Assembly: GCA_020725405.1 (NCBI GenBank)
Contig: DYFB01000015.1
Coordinates: 32,157 to 96,156 of the forward strand
From: Symbiobacterium sp.
GTDB lineage: Bacteria; Bacillota; Sulfobacillia; UBA995; UBA9673
Direction of reading: 5' to 3'
Length of the DNA stretch: 64,000 nucleotides
The notes beneath the pieces were generated by a model. That model made no database searches. It was given only the letters and a program-made list of their open reading frames with translations, and was not told the DNA's origin. Shown here piece by piece: positions 27,253 to 35,525 of this stretch. The stretch's first letter is position 1; every line of letters begins with the position of its first letter. The position numbers were made by a program, and so were the translations under genes.

Positions 27253-28614
27253 TTGACGACGTCTCTCTACAGGCTCCTGGCTGAACTCTGGGACGTGGCC
27301 CCCGGGCTCGTCGAAGTCGCCGAGGAGGCCGAGGAAGCGACGGAAGACCGGCGGGCCTTGTGGCGGGAGCGGGCGGACCGGGTGTTCCTGCGGGTCCTGC
27401 GGGCCTTCCAGACCGTGGGGGTCACCGAGAGCCATCTCTCGGGCTCCACAGGCTACGGCTACGACGACGCCGGTCGGGCGGCGCTGGAGGCGGTGTTCAC
27501 TCGGGTATTCGACGCGGAGGCGGCCCTGGTGCGGCCGCAGATCGTCTCCGGCACCCACGCTCTCTCCCTCTGCCTCCGGGCGGCCGTCGAGCCCGGAGAC
27601 GGCCTCGTTTCCGGGACCGGACGGCCCTACGACAGCCTCCTGCCCCAGGTCGGGGAGCTCGAGAGGTCGGGCGTCGTCTACCGGGAGGTCCCCCTCGGTC
27701 CTCGGGGAGAGGTCGCCCCCGAGCGCGTGGCCGGGGCCGTGGCCGAAGCCGCCCGGGCCGCCCGGGTCGCGCTCCGCCCCGGCGGGCGCCCGGGCGGAGC
27801 ACCCCCGCGCGTCGGCCTTTTCCTCCAGCGGTCCCGGGGCTACGAGCTTGTGCCGTCCCGGGACCTCGGGCTCATGGAGCGGGTCATCGCCCTGGCCCGG
27901 TCGGCCGCCGAGGAAGAGGGCGTCGAGCTCGTCGCGTTGGTCGACAACTGCTACGGCGAGTTCGTCGAGGACAGGGAGCCGACCGCGGTCGGAGCCGACC
28001 TGGTGGGGGGTTCGCTCATCAAGAACCCCGGAGGAGGTCTGGCTCCAACCGGGGGCTATGTGATCGGCCGAGGGCCCTTGGTCGAGAGGGCGGCCGAACT
28101 CCTAACAGCCCCGGGGCTGGGACGTCACGTCGGACCGACACTCGGCCTCGGGCGACTCCTCCTCCAGGGGCTGTTCCTTGCGCCCCGGGCGGTCGGAGCG
28201 GCTCTGGCCGGGGCGACCTTCGCCGCTGCCTTCCTGGAGTCCCTGGGGCTGGAGGTATCACCGGCCTGGGACGAGGAGAGGACAGATATCGTCCAGACCG
28301 TCGTCCTCGGCAGCCCCGAGGCGGTTCTCGCCTTCGCCCGAGGGGTTCAGGCGGCCTCCCCGGTCGACTCCACGGCCGTCCCCGTCGGCGCCGCCCTTCC
28401 GGGCTACGCCGACGCGGTGGTCATGGCCGCCGGGACCTTCGTCCAGGGCTCGTCCATCGAGGTCAGCCTGGACGCCCCCCTGCGGTCCCCGTACGCAGCC
28501 TACCTCCAGGGGGGCCTGACCGAGGCGCACCTTAAGGCGGCGGTTGTTCTCGGCACCGCGGAGCTCGAACGGGCGGGATTGCTCGACGTGTTCGCTCACC
28601 ACAGGCCCGAATAA
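27253..28614 (+). CDS. YnbB/aluminium-resistance family PLP enzyme
   Basis: STGYGYDD.GR, SGTHA, QRSRGY, DNCYGEF, SLIKNPGGG. Confidence 0.9.
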   Translation: MTTSLYRLLAELWDVAPGLVEVAEEAEEATEDRRALWRERADRVFLRVLRAFQTVGVTESHLSGSTGYGYDDAGRAALEAVFTRVFDAEAALVRPQIVSGTHALSLCLRAAVEPGDGLVSGTGRPYDSLLPQVGELERSGVVYREVPLGPRGEVAPERVAGAVAEAARAARVALRPGGRPGGAPPRVGLFLQRSRGYELVPSRDLGLMERVIALARSAAEEEGVELVALVDNCYGEFVEDREPTAVGADLVGGSLIKNPGGGLAPTGGYVIGRGPLVERAAELLTAPGLGRHVGPTLGLGRLLLQGLFLAPRAVGAALAGATFAAAFLESLGLEVSPAWDEERTDIVQTVVLGSPEAVLAFARGVQAASPVDSTAVPVGAALPGYADAVVMAAGTFVQGSSIEVSLDAPLRSPYAAYLQGGLTEAHLKAAVVLGTAELERAGLLDVFAHHRPE

Positions 28615-28641
28615 TCATCAGGGGGAGGGGGGAGGGCGGAG

Positions 28642-29121
28642 GTGCACGCCCTGGTCATCGCCGGCGTGGTCCTGCTCATGCTCCTGGGGCTTGTCGGCAT
28701 TTTTCTCCCGATGCTGCCTGGAACGGGGCTCATCTTCGGCGGCATCCTGCTCTATGGGCTCTACGACGGGTTCCAGACCGTTACGGGGGAGTTCGTCGCG
28801 GCTATGGCCGGGCTCGCCCTCCTGGCCACGGCCACGGACTACGTGGCGGGGGCGGTCGGCGCCCGGCGGGTGCGGGCCACCCGAGCGGGCTATCTCGGCG
28901 CTGTCGTCGGGGGCATCGTCGGCGTCTTCACCCTGGGCCTCGTCGGGCTCTTCGTCGGCCCCTTCCTCGGGGCCGTCACCGGGGAGGTCGCTGGCGGAAG
29001 AACGGCCCGGCAGGCCGTCAGGGTGGGGCTGGCCACCGTGATGGGAGTCATGGGCGGGATGCTCCTCAAAGCGGCCATCGGCGTCACGATGATCGTCCTG
29101 TTCATCTTCCGGGTGACCTAG
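28642..29121 (+). CDS. DUF456-family membrane protein
   Basis: G..LP.LPG, G...GPFLGA..GE, hydrophobic throughout. Confidence 0.8.
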   Translation: MHALVIAGVVLLMLLGLVGIFLPMLPGTGLIFGGILLYGLYDGFQTVTGEFVAAMAGLALLATATDYVAGAVGARRVRATRAGYLGAVVGGIVGVFTLGLVGLFVGPFLGAVTGEVAGGRTARQAVRVGLATVMGVMGGMLLKAAIGVTMIVLFIFRVT

Positions 29122-29151
29122 GGGAGACCTGCAGCGTCGCGGCGGCGCGCC

Positions 29152-29760
29152 CTAGAACTCCCGGATGAGGCCGATGACCTTACCCAGTATCCGTACGTCT
29201 CGGGTGACGATGGGCTCGAGGGCCGGGTTCTCGGGTTGGAGCCGGATGCCCCGCTTGTCGCGATAGAAGCGCTTGACCGTCGCCTCGTCCTCAAGGAGAG
29301 CGACGACGATGTCCCCGTCGTCAGCCGACGGCTGGGGGCGGACGATGAGAAGGTCGCCGTCGTGGATGCCGGCGCCAATCATGCTGTCCCCGCGTACCGA
29401 TAGGAGGAACGTCCCCTCGCCACCGGCGAGGTCGCGGGGGAGGGGGATGTAGTCCTCGATGTTCTCGACGGCGAGGATGGGCGTGCCGGCCGTGACCCGT
29501 CCGACGAGAGGCACGTTCACCAGGCGGTGTCGCTGGACCGCCCGCCCCTCGTCGAGGACCTCGATGGCCCGGGGCTTGGTCGGGTCGCGCCGGAGATAGC
29601 CCTTCTCCTCGAGGCGGGCGAGGTGCCCGTGGACCGTGGAACTCGAACTGAGACCCACAGCCTCACCGATCTCCCGTACTGAGGGCGGGTAGCCGCGCTC
29701 CCGGGTCTGCCTCTTGATGAACTCTAGGATCTGCTTCTGTCTGCTTGTAAGCGAGGGCAC
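29152..29760 (-). CDS. lexA: SOS repressor LexA
   Basis: [19 protein letters not shown] cleavage site, GDSM, ATVKRF; AAGGAGGTG RBS. Confidence 0.97.
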   Translation of the reverse strand: MPSLTSRQKQILEFIKRQTRERGYPPSVREIGEAVGLSSSSTVHGHLARLEEKGYLRRDPTKPRAIEVLDEGRAVQRHRLVNVPLVGRVTAGTPILAVENIEDYIPLPRDLAGGEGTFLLSVRGDSMIGAGIHDGDLLIVRPQPSADDGDIVVALLEDEATVKRFYRDKRGIRLQPENPALEPIVTRDVRILGKVIGLIREF

Positions 29761-29786
29761 GGGCGACCCACCTCCTTCACTCACTG

Positions 29787-29825
29787 ATTATACGGGCGCG
29801 AGGGGCAAAAGGCAAACAGTTGTTC
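29787..29825 (-). promoter_or_regulatory. lexA promoter with overlapping imperfect SOS box
   Basis: - strand TTGCCT-17-TATAAT; AAAC-agtt-GTTC at 29814-29825. Confidence 0.8.
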
Positions 29826-29835
29826 GCTTTTTCCC

Positions 29836-29885
29836 TTGACTCGGGGCGGAGGCATGAACTAGAATCGGTGGCGAACACATGTTCG
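29836..29885 (+). promoter_or_regulatory. divergent sigA promoter with perfect SOS box over the predicted start site
   Basis: TTGACT-18-TAGAAT; CGAAC-acat-GTTCG at 29872-29885. Confidence 0.8.
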
Positions 29886-29980
29886 CCGGCGGACGCCGAC
29901 GCCGACCCAGAAGGATTTAAGGCGAGTCCTTCGGTCCCAACCCGGAGGTCCGGCCCTACCCGGCGAGGGAGGAACCCCAC

Positions 29981-30154
29981 ATGCGGATTGCACTTGGTGA
30001 CGATCAACGCTACAAGTACGTGATCACGGCTCGCGCCGGACGGGGGCGGTTCGAGGGGGTCCCGTGCCGGCGCGTGTCGTCGCCGAGGCCCCGGGATAGG
30101 GGAGAGAGCCGGACCGAGGAGCCTCCGTCTCCGGCCGCGGCTCCGAGCGACTAA
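29981..30154 (+). CDS. putative LexA-regulated 57-aa protein
   Basis: GGAGG at 29968, ATG at 29981; MRIALGDDQRYKYVITARAGRGRFEGVPCRR...APSD*; below the ORF-track cutoff. Confidence 0.5.
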   Translation: MRIALGDDQRYKYVITARAGRGRFEGVPCRRVSSPRPRDRGESRTEEPPSPAAAPSD

Positions 30155-30173
30155 CCGGCCGGCATTCACCAGG

Positions 30174-30185
30174 GAACAGGTGTTC
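30174..30185. promoter_or_regulatory. SOS box
   Basis: GAAC-aggt-GTTC. Confidence 0.6.
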
Positions 30186-30556
30186 GGTGCAGAGGGAGGG
30201 AGAGCCGAGCGGGCCCTGGCGGTGCGCTCCCACCCGTCTGCGGAAGGGCCAATCGGGGTTGGCGGAGACGGCGCAAACGGGTCGACCTTGGCCCGTGTCG
30301 ACCGGCGTCGCCGGAGGAGGAAACCCGGCGGACTGCCGGCGGGGTGCGGGCCCGACACCGATACCGCCGCTGAACGGCGGCCCCCCAGGGGGCCGGACCC
30401 TCGTCACTCAAGCCCGGCCCCGGCCCCGGCCGGTGTCGCACCGACCCCACCGCTGCCGCCCGAATCGCGGGGCGGATGGGTCCGGGTTCGGGCGATGCCG
30501 AAGAGGAATCGGACCGTCAGCGGCCCGGTTTCGGTTGGGTAATCCGCTAGTCTTAT

Positions 30557-30584
30557 GCGTCCGATAATATACGTTATGTGAGCT
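30557..30584 (+). other. dif: dif-like chromosome dimer resolution site (XerC/XerD)
   Basis: GCGTCCGATAA-TATACG-TTATGTGAGCT; 11-6-11 layout; right arm 9/11 to B. subtilis TTATGTAAACT. Confidence 0.75.
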
Positions 30585-30632
30585 CGTCCGAAGGACGAAC
30601 CGGCACCTGTGCCGCCGGCGGCTCTCGCAAGG

Positions 30633-31466
30633 CTAGGACCAAAGCAAACGGGCCGCGGTCTTCAGAAGAAGGTCCTCTTCAACCGTCAGCCCTTCTGACA
30701 GTCTCGCGGCGGCTACCACGGGGACCCAGGCCGCAATCTCCGCCGCGTCGAGCCCCGAGACCCGCAGGTACCGCCTTAGGTACCGGCTGTGGACACCGCC
30801 GAGCACTCCCGCCGCGAGAAGCCTCGCCGACCGACCGGGCACGTGGCGGGGGGCGCCGCGCAGGAGGACCGTGGTCCTGGCCACGTCCAGGGCCGGGAGG
30901 CCGCGCCTCGCGTCTGCCCAATCGATGATCACCGGCCCCGCGGGCCCGAGGATGATGTTCCAGGGATGGAAATCGCCGTGGCAGATCCGGTCTCCGTCGG
31001 GAAGGCCGGCGAGGGCCTCCAGGGCGGCCGCGCGGACACAATCGGGCAGCCCGGCCGCCTTATCGAGGCCGCGGCGGAGCCGTTCCTTGACCGAGGGCCA
31101 TTCCTCGGGGGCCGGGCAGGCGTTCACCACAGCGTGGAGTTCGGCGAGGAGCCCGGCCATGCGGCGGGCCTCCCAGGGGCGGGCGAGAAGACGCTGGCCC
31201 ATGCTCGGGCCGGGTATCCGCTCGAAGACAATTCCGGGCCGCCCCTGGACCGCTATGGTTCCGAAGCAAGCCGGCACGGGCAGGCCGGCTTCGCGGGCCG
31301 TCCGGGTTGCCGCCGCCTCTCTTTCGGCACCCGCGGGGTGGGTGCCCTCCCAGAAGAGCTTGAGGACCCGGTCGGGTCCCCAGGCGTGGATGTCGGCCCT
31401 GGCCCCGCGGCCGACTATCGGCCCGGGCGCCCGCGCCCGTGGTTCGGACGGCTCCAGCGTCTCCAT
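30633..31466 (-). CDS. APH/choline kinase-family phosphotransferase
   Basis: GRGARA, VLK, CHGDFHPWN, IIDW. Confidence 0.85.
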   Translation of the reverse strand: METLEPSEPRARAPGPIVGRGARADIHAWGPDRVLKLFWEGTHPAGAEREAAATRTAREAGLPVPACFGTIAVQGRPGIVFERIPGPSMGQRLLARPWEARRMAGLLAELHAVVNACPAPEEWPSVKERLRRGLDKAAGLPDCVRAAALEALAGLPDGDRICHGDFHPWNIILGPAGPVIIDWADARRGLPALDVARTTVLLRGAPRHVPGRSARLLAAGVLGGVHSRYLRRYLRVSGLDAAEIAAWVPVVAAARLSEGLTVEEDLLLKTAARLLWS

Positions 31467-31588
31467 CTACCTCCCACGCTTCGCTTCTTGTCCACCCCGA
31501 GTTTGCTTCCCCGAGCGGCCGGGCCGTTCCTGCAGGCAGTTCCGGTGTTCGCGCACAGTCCCGATGTTCGCGCAGGGAGGGATACCAA

Positions 31589-31666
31589 CGACCGCGCGAC
31601 CGCGCCCGTTTGGCCGACCGCGCGACCGCGCCCGTTCGGCCGACCGCGCGACCGCGCCCGTTCGGC
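31589..31666. repeat. 3 x 26-bp tandem repeat
   Basis: CGACCGCGCGACCGCGCCCGTT(T/C)GGC x3. Confidence 0.95.
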
Positions 31667-31740
31667 TGCTGGATTCCGGGTCCGTCGACGGCAGCTGTCG
31701 CTGGGCCTCACCCCTCCACCCCAGGGCGCGCCTCGGAGCG

Positions 31741-31769
31741 TTGACCCCTTTCCTGGACGGGAGTAAACT
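31741..31769 (+). promoter_or_regulatory. sigA promoter for leader ORF and CD3324-like gene
   Basis: TTGACC-17-TAAACT. Confidence 0.65.
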
Positions 31770-31836
31770 GGGGTATCCGGAGAAACCACAGCTGTCCGCA
31801 AGCGCCGGAATCGGAACGAATGAGGAGGTGAGCCCG

Positions 31837-31905
31837 GTGACTGAAGAGATGAGGGTGATGCCGTTCGGGGCGTTCGGGCTCACCTTCGGACCAGCCGTCC
31901 TCTGA
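31837..31905 (+). CDS. putative 22-aa leader peptide
   Basis: GAGGAGGTGA RBS; MTEEMRVMPFGAFGLTFGPAVL* (GTG start). Confidence 0.4.
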   Translation: MTEEMRVMPFGAFGLTFGPAVL

Positions 31906-31993
31906 CCCTCCTCAGGCGTCAGCGAAGGACCAGGCCGGCCGCGAGGCGAGACGACGCCCGCGGCTTCTTCCATTCTAAGGAGGCCTGGTTTCC

Positions 31994-32284
31994 GTGTCCC
32001 GCTACAAGAACGCCGCGCGCGTCCTGCCGCCGGACCTCCTGGCCGAGGTCCAGCGCTACGCAGCCGGTGAGCAGCTCTACGTACCCCGTCCTGAAGGGGT
32101 CAGAATGGGCTGGGGTGAGCGCAACGGGGCCAGAGAGGCCCTGAGGCGCCGCAACCGTGCGATCAAACGCCTCCACCGGGAAGGCGCGACCATCGACGAG
32201 CTCATGGTGCGGTTCCACCTCGGGTACGACTCCGTACGCAAGATAGTCGGCGGAAAGAACGGCTCCTCCGGTTCGGGGGAGTGA
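31994..32284 (+). CDS. CD3324-family (Mor-like HTH) protein
   Basis: YKNA..VLP.DLL.EVQ.Y..G..LYVP, WGE..G, RN..I, SVRKI; AAGGAGG RBS. Confidence 0.8.
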   Translation: MSRYKNAARVLPPDLLAEVQRYAAGEQLYVPRPEGVRMGWGERNGAREALRRRNRAIKRLHREGATIDELMVRFHLGYDSVRKIVGGKNGSSGSGE

Positions 32285-32668
32285 CACCGGCGGCCGGGCC
32301 GGTTAGGCTGGAGCCGCGGTCGGCCGACCGGCGGGAGCCAGAGACCGGAGGGGGGTGATGGCGTGAGAGAGACCAGCGCCGTCATCCCGGGGGAAGTGGC
32401 CCCGGGGTAGGCGGCACGGCCGGGGGGACGGGCCCGTCGGGCCCGTTCCCCTTCTAACCTCCCCTTCCCTCCGCTCTCCGCCGTCTTGCCTGTCAGGGCG
32501 CCTGCTCCCCTCCCCCCTCCCCTCTCCGCCGCCTCTCTCATCTCTCAAGGCGCCCGCCCTCTCCCTTCTCATCCCCCGCCCCCCTGTCCCGGGCGCCGGC
32601 CTTCCTCTCCTTGCCGGTCCGGTAATCCTAATCACGGCCTGGAAGACCCGAACCGGGAGGCCGGCCGG

Positions 32669-32730
32669 GAGGAACTGCCGAGAGGAACGGCCCAGAGGAA
32701 CTGCCGAGAGGAACGGCCCAGAGGAACGGC
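32669..32730. repeat. about 5 x 13-bp tandem repeat (alternating variants, 26-bp period)
   Basis: GAGGAACTGCCGA / GAGGAACGGCCCA alternating. Confidence 0.92.
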
Positions 32731-32843
32731 GGTGACCCGGACGAAATGCTTCCCTGAGCGGTGCCGGCCGAGAGCGCGCCCCTCGAGGAGGGGGACGGGT
32801 TGTATCCCGGCCGTCAACGTGACGAGAGGTGGCTGGGCACGAC

Positions 32844-33695
32844 ATGGCCGATCACGACCGACAAGACTCCCCGCACGCGACGAGGCGGTGTCCGTCCGGG
32901 CCCCCCGACGAGGAGGAAGTACGCTTCACGCCGCGCATGTACCTCGATTACTATACGGCCGAGCGCAACCTGCGCCTCGAAGACCTGGGGGTGGCCCCTC
33001 TCGTCGTCGGGACCTGGTTTCCCGGAGTCACCGAGGGTCTCGCCCGGAAGGCGGGAGCCTCCAAGCCCGAACACTGGCCCTACGCCCATCTCGCCCTGTT
33101 CACCGGAGGGGTGGGTCGCACAAGGGTCTCCTTCGCCACCTATCCGGTCGGCGCCCCCGGCACCGTGGCCCTCATGGAGGAACTCGCGGCCGCCGGGGCC
33201 CGGTGCTTTGTCGGGCTCGGGATGGCCGGCAGCCTGCAGGAGGTCGCGCCGATCGGCTCCTTCCTGCTTCCCGGGGAGTGCCTCCGGGAGGAAGGAACCT
33301 CGGCCCACTATCTCCGACCGGGTGAGACCCCCGGCCCCGACCCCTGTCTGCGGGACGCCTTGGAGCGGGCCCTGACCGCCAGCGGGCTCACGGCTACGCG
33401 CGGCTGGCACTGGACCACCGACGCCATCTACCGCGAGTTCACCTGGAAGATCGAGAGGTACCGCGCGGAGGGTGTCCTCAGCGTGGACATGGAGACCTCG
33501 GCCATGTACGCCTTCGGGTGCCTCCGACGCCTTCCGGTGGCCAACCTTCTCGTGGTCAGCGACGAGCTCTGGCGGGAGTGGCGTCCGGGCTTCCACTCCG
33601 ACGAGCTCCGCCGCGCTCTCGGCCTTGCTTCGACAGCCATCCTTGACCACCTCACGGAGCTGGACGGGGCCTGGAGAGGGCCAACCGACGTCTGA
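32844..33695 (+). CDS. nucleoside phosphorylase (PNP/UDP family); start uncertain
   Basis: VGAP...MEEL, GMAGSL, REEGTS.HY, WTTDA.YRE, VDMETSA, VSD. Confidence 0.85.
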   Translation: MADHDRQDSPHATRRCPSGPPDEEEVRFTPRMYLDYYTAERNLRLEDLGVAPLVVGTWFPGVTEGLARKAGASKPEHWPYAHLALFTGGVGRTRVSFATYPVGAPGTVALMEELAAAGARCFVGLGMAGSLQEVAPIGSFLLPGECLREEGTSAHYLRPGETPGPDPCLRDALERALTASGLTATRGWHWTTDAIYREFTWKIERYRAEGVLSVDMETSAMYAFGCLRRLPVANLLVVSDELWREWRPGFHSDELRRALGLASTAILDHLTELDGAWRGPTDV

Positions 33696-33806
33696 CCGCT
33701 CTCCTCCGCGCCCGCCACTGAATCAGCAGGCTCGCGTCCGGGCGCCGGACCCTCCCATCAGTCGACGACCAGGGAGGAGTTGCCAGGCGGTTGATGGAAA
33801 TCCCCC

Positions 33807-34223
33807 GTGAATCTTCTTCTGGGAAGGGGGCTTGCCTTGCCGGACGCCTCACGCAGCAGCGATCCAGGTCCCCTGCTGTACGTCGTCGACCCCAACCCCT
33901 TCATGGTCGAGTTGGAGCGGGCCATCCTGAAGCGGTACCGCGTGGAATCCGTCGCGGCGGATGACCTGTTCCAGGCCGTCGCCTCTTCTCGCCCGGCGGC
34001 GGTCATCGCCGAGATTCTTCTTCCGGGGACCGACGGTCTCGAACTTTGCCGGAAGTTCAAAGCCCATCCGGAGACGTCCTCGATACCCTTCATCGTCTTC
34101 AGTGTTCTCAGCGCGGAGCCCGAGGCTCTGGAAGTCGGTGCCGACGCCTTCCTGCTGAAGCCCGTCGACAGGAGGGCCTTGCTCGAGACCGTTGCGCGGC
34201 TGGTTGATGCGCGTACGGGTTAG
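33807..34223 (+). CDS. single-domain pseudo-receiver (Glu at phosphoacceptor position)
   Basis: VVDPN, VIAEILLPGTDGLELC, GADAFLLKP. Confidence 0.7.
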   Translation: MNLLLGRGLALPDASRSSDPGPLLYVVDPNPFMVELERAILKRYRVESVAADDLFQAVASSRPAAVIAEILLPGTDGLELCRKFKAHPETSSIPFIVFSVLSAEPEALEVGADAFLLKPVDRRALLETVARLVDARTG

Positions 34224-34244
34224 GGGGCGCGCCGCGGCGGCGCT

Positions 34245-34362
34245 CCCCGGATTCGCAGGTGCGGAGAATGGCTCAAGCTGAGGTCCTCGGAGTTCCTTCC
34301 CGGAGTGCACCTGCTCGAGATAACCTCCGAGGGGGCCAGGGTCTTTCCCCGCCTGGGGACGA
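34245..34362 (+). pseudogene. fragment of KaiC-like ATPase domain C-terminus
   Basis: in-frame IRRCGEWLKLRSSEFLPGVHLLEITSEGARVFPRL; no Walker A/B upstream. Confidence 0.5.
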
Positions 34363-34580
34363 TCACGCCTTCACCCTCCACACCCTCAAAACCAGGGGTG
34401 TCGCCGTCACGCCCGGTCCAGCGCTACATTCTGGACAAGACGGGGCTGGCTCAAGCTAGTCTCGAAATCACACAGCTGGGCGGTGACAAAGGAGGTTTCC
34501 GGGCTGGCGGAGACCTGTGCTGGTCGCCAACCCGGCTTGGTATACTAGCCCCGAACAGCTCGTCGAGGGGGTGGGTCGCG

Positions 34581-35525
34581 GTGCCCCGCGGCTCGGACCG
34601 GGAGACGGTCAAGATAGGGGTGGTCGGAACGGGGTTCGTCGGGTCCACCTTCGCCTATACGCTGGTTCTCACCGGTCTTGCGGCCGAAATAGTCCTCATC
34701 GACAAGAACCGGGCCAAGGCTGAGGGTGAGGAGATGGATCTGAATCACGCCGCCCCCTTCGCCCATCCGGTGCGGATCCGGGCCGGGGGTTACGAGGACC
34801 TGGCCGGAGCGGTCGTGGTCTGCATCGCGGCGGGTGTCGGGCAGCGGCCTGGCGAGGACCGGTTGAGCCTCCTCCGGCGGAACGTCGTGGTCCTGGAGGA
34901 GGTGGTCGCCGGTATCGTCCGGCACGCGCCTGAGGCCATCGTCCTCGTGGCCTCCAATCCCGTCGATATCCTCAGCTACGCCGCCTGGAAGCTCTCCGGC
35001 CTGCCCGCGGCTCGAGTCATCGGGTCCGGGACCATCCTCGACACGGCCCGGCTGCGCTCGCGATTGGGCGAGCTTTACGGCGTGGACCCGAGGAGCGTGC
35101 ACGCCCATATCGTCGGAGAACACGGCGACAGTGAGGTCCCTGCCTGGAGCCTGGCCAACATCGCCGGCGTCCGCCTCGAGGACTACGGAAGCTTCGACCC
35201 GAAGGCCCTCCGGAAGGTTTTCGAGGAAGTGCGGGATGCGGCCTACGAGATCATCGAGCGCAAGGGCGCGACCTACTACGCCATAGCCGTGGGGCTCACC
35301 CGAATCGTATCGAGCATCCTGCGAGACGAACGGTCGGTCCTCTCCGTCTCGACCCTGGTCGACGGCTATCTTGGCGTCAAGGACATCTATCTCGGCGTTC
35401 CGGCCGTCGTCGGACGCTCAGGGGTCGAGAAGGTCATCGAGCTTCCCCTTGACGACGCTGAAACCCGGGCCTTCCGGCGCTCGGCGGCCATCCTGAAGGA
35501 GCTCGCCGGCTCCCTCGGGCTCTAG
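34581..35525 (+). CDS. ldh: L-lactate dehydrogenase
   Basis: GTGFVG, GVGQRPGEDRL, NPVD, GTILDTAR, GEHGD, KGATYY; extended -10 TGgTATACT at 34538. Confidence 0.93.
   Translation: MPRGSDRETVKIGVVGTGFVGSTFAYTLVLTGLAAEIVLIDKNRAKAEGEEMDLNHAAPFAHPVRIRAGGYEDLAGAVVVCIAAGVGQRPGEDRLSLLRRNVVVLEEVVAGIVRHAPEAIVLVASNPVDILSYAAWKLSGLPAARVIGSGTILDTARLRSRLGELYGVDPRSVHAHIVGEHGDSEVPAWSLANIAGVRLEDYGSFDPKALRKVFEEVRDAAYEIIERKGATYYAIAVGLTRIVSSILRDERSVLSVSTLVDGYLGVKDIYLGVPAVVGRSGVEKVIELPLDDAETRAFRRSAAILKELAGSLGL

Noticed and set aside
31589..32730. Repeat arrays as CRISPR
   Set aside because: Units are directly adjacent with no unique spacers, and no cas genes are present.
34305..34580. 92-aa N-terminal extension of LDH in the ORF track
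   Set aside because: An extended -10 at 34538-34546 and an RBS before GTG 34581 indicate the shorter start; the upstream frame is probably a remnant.
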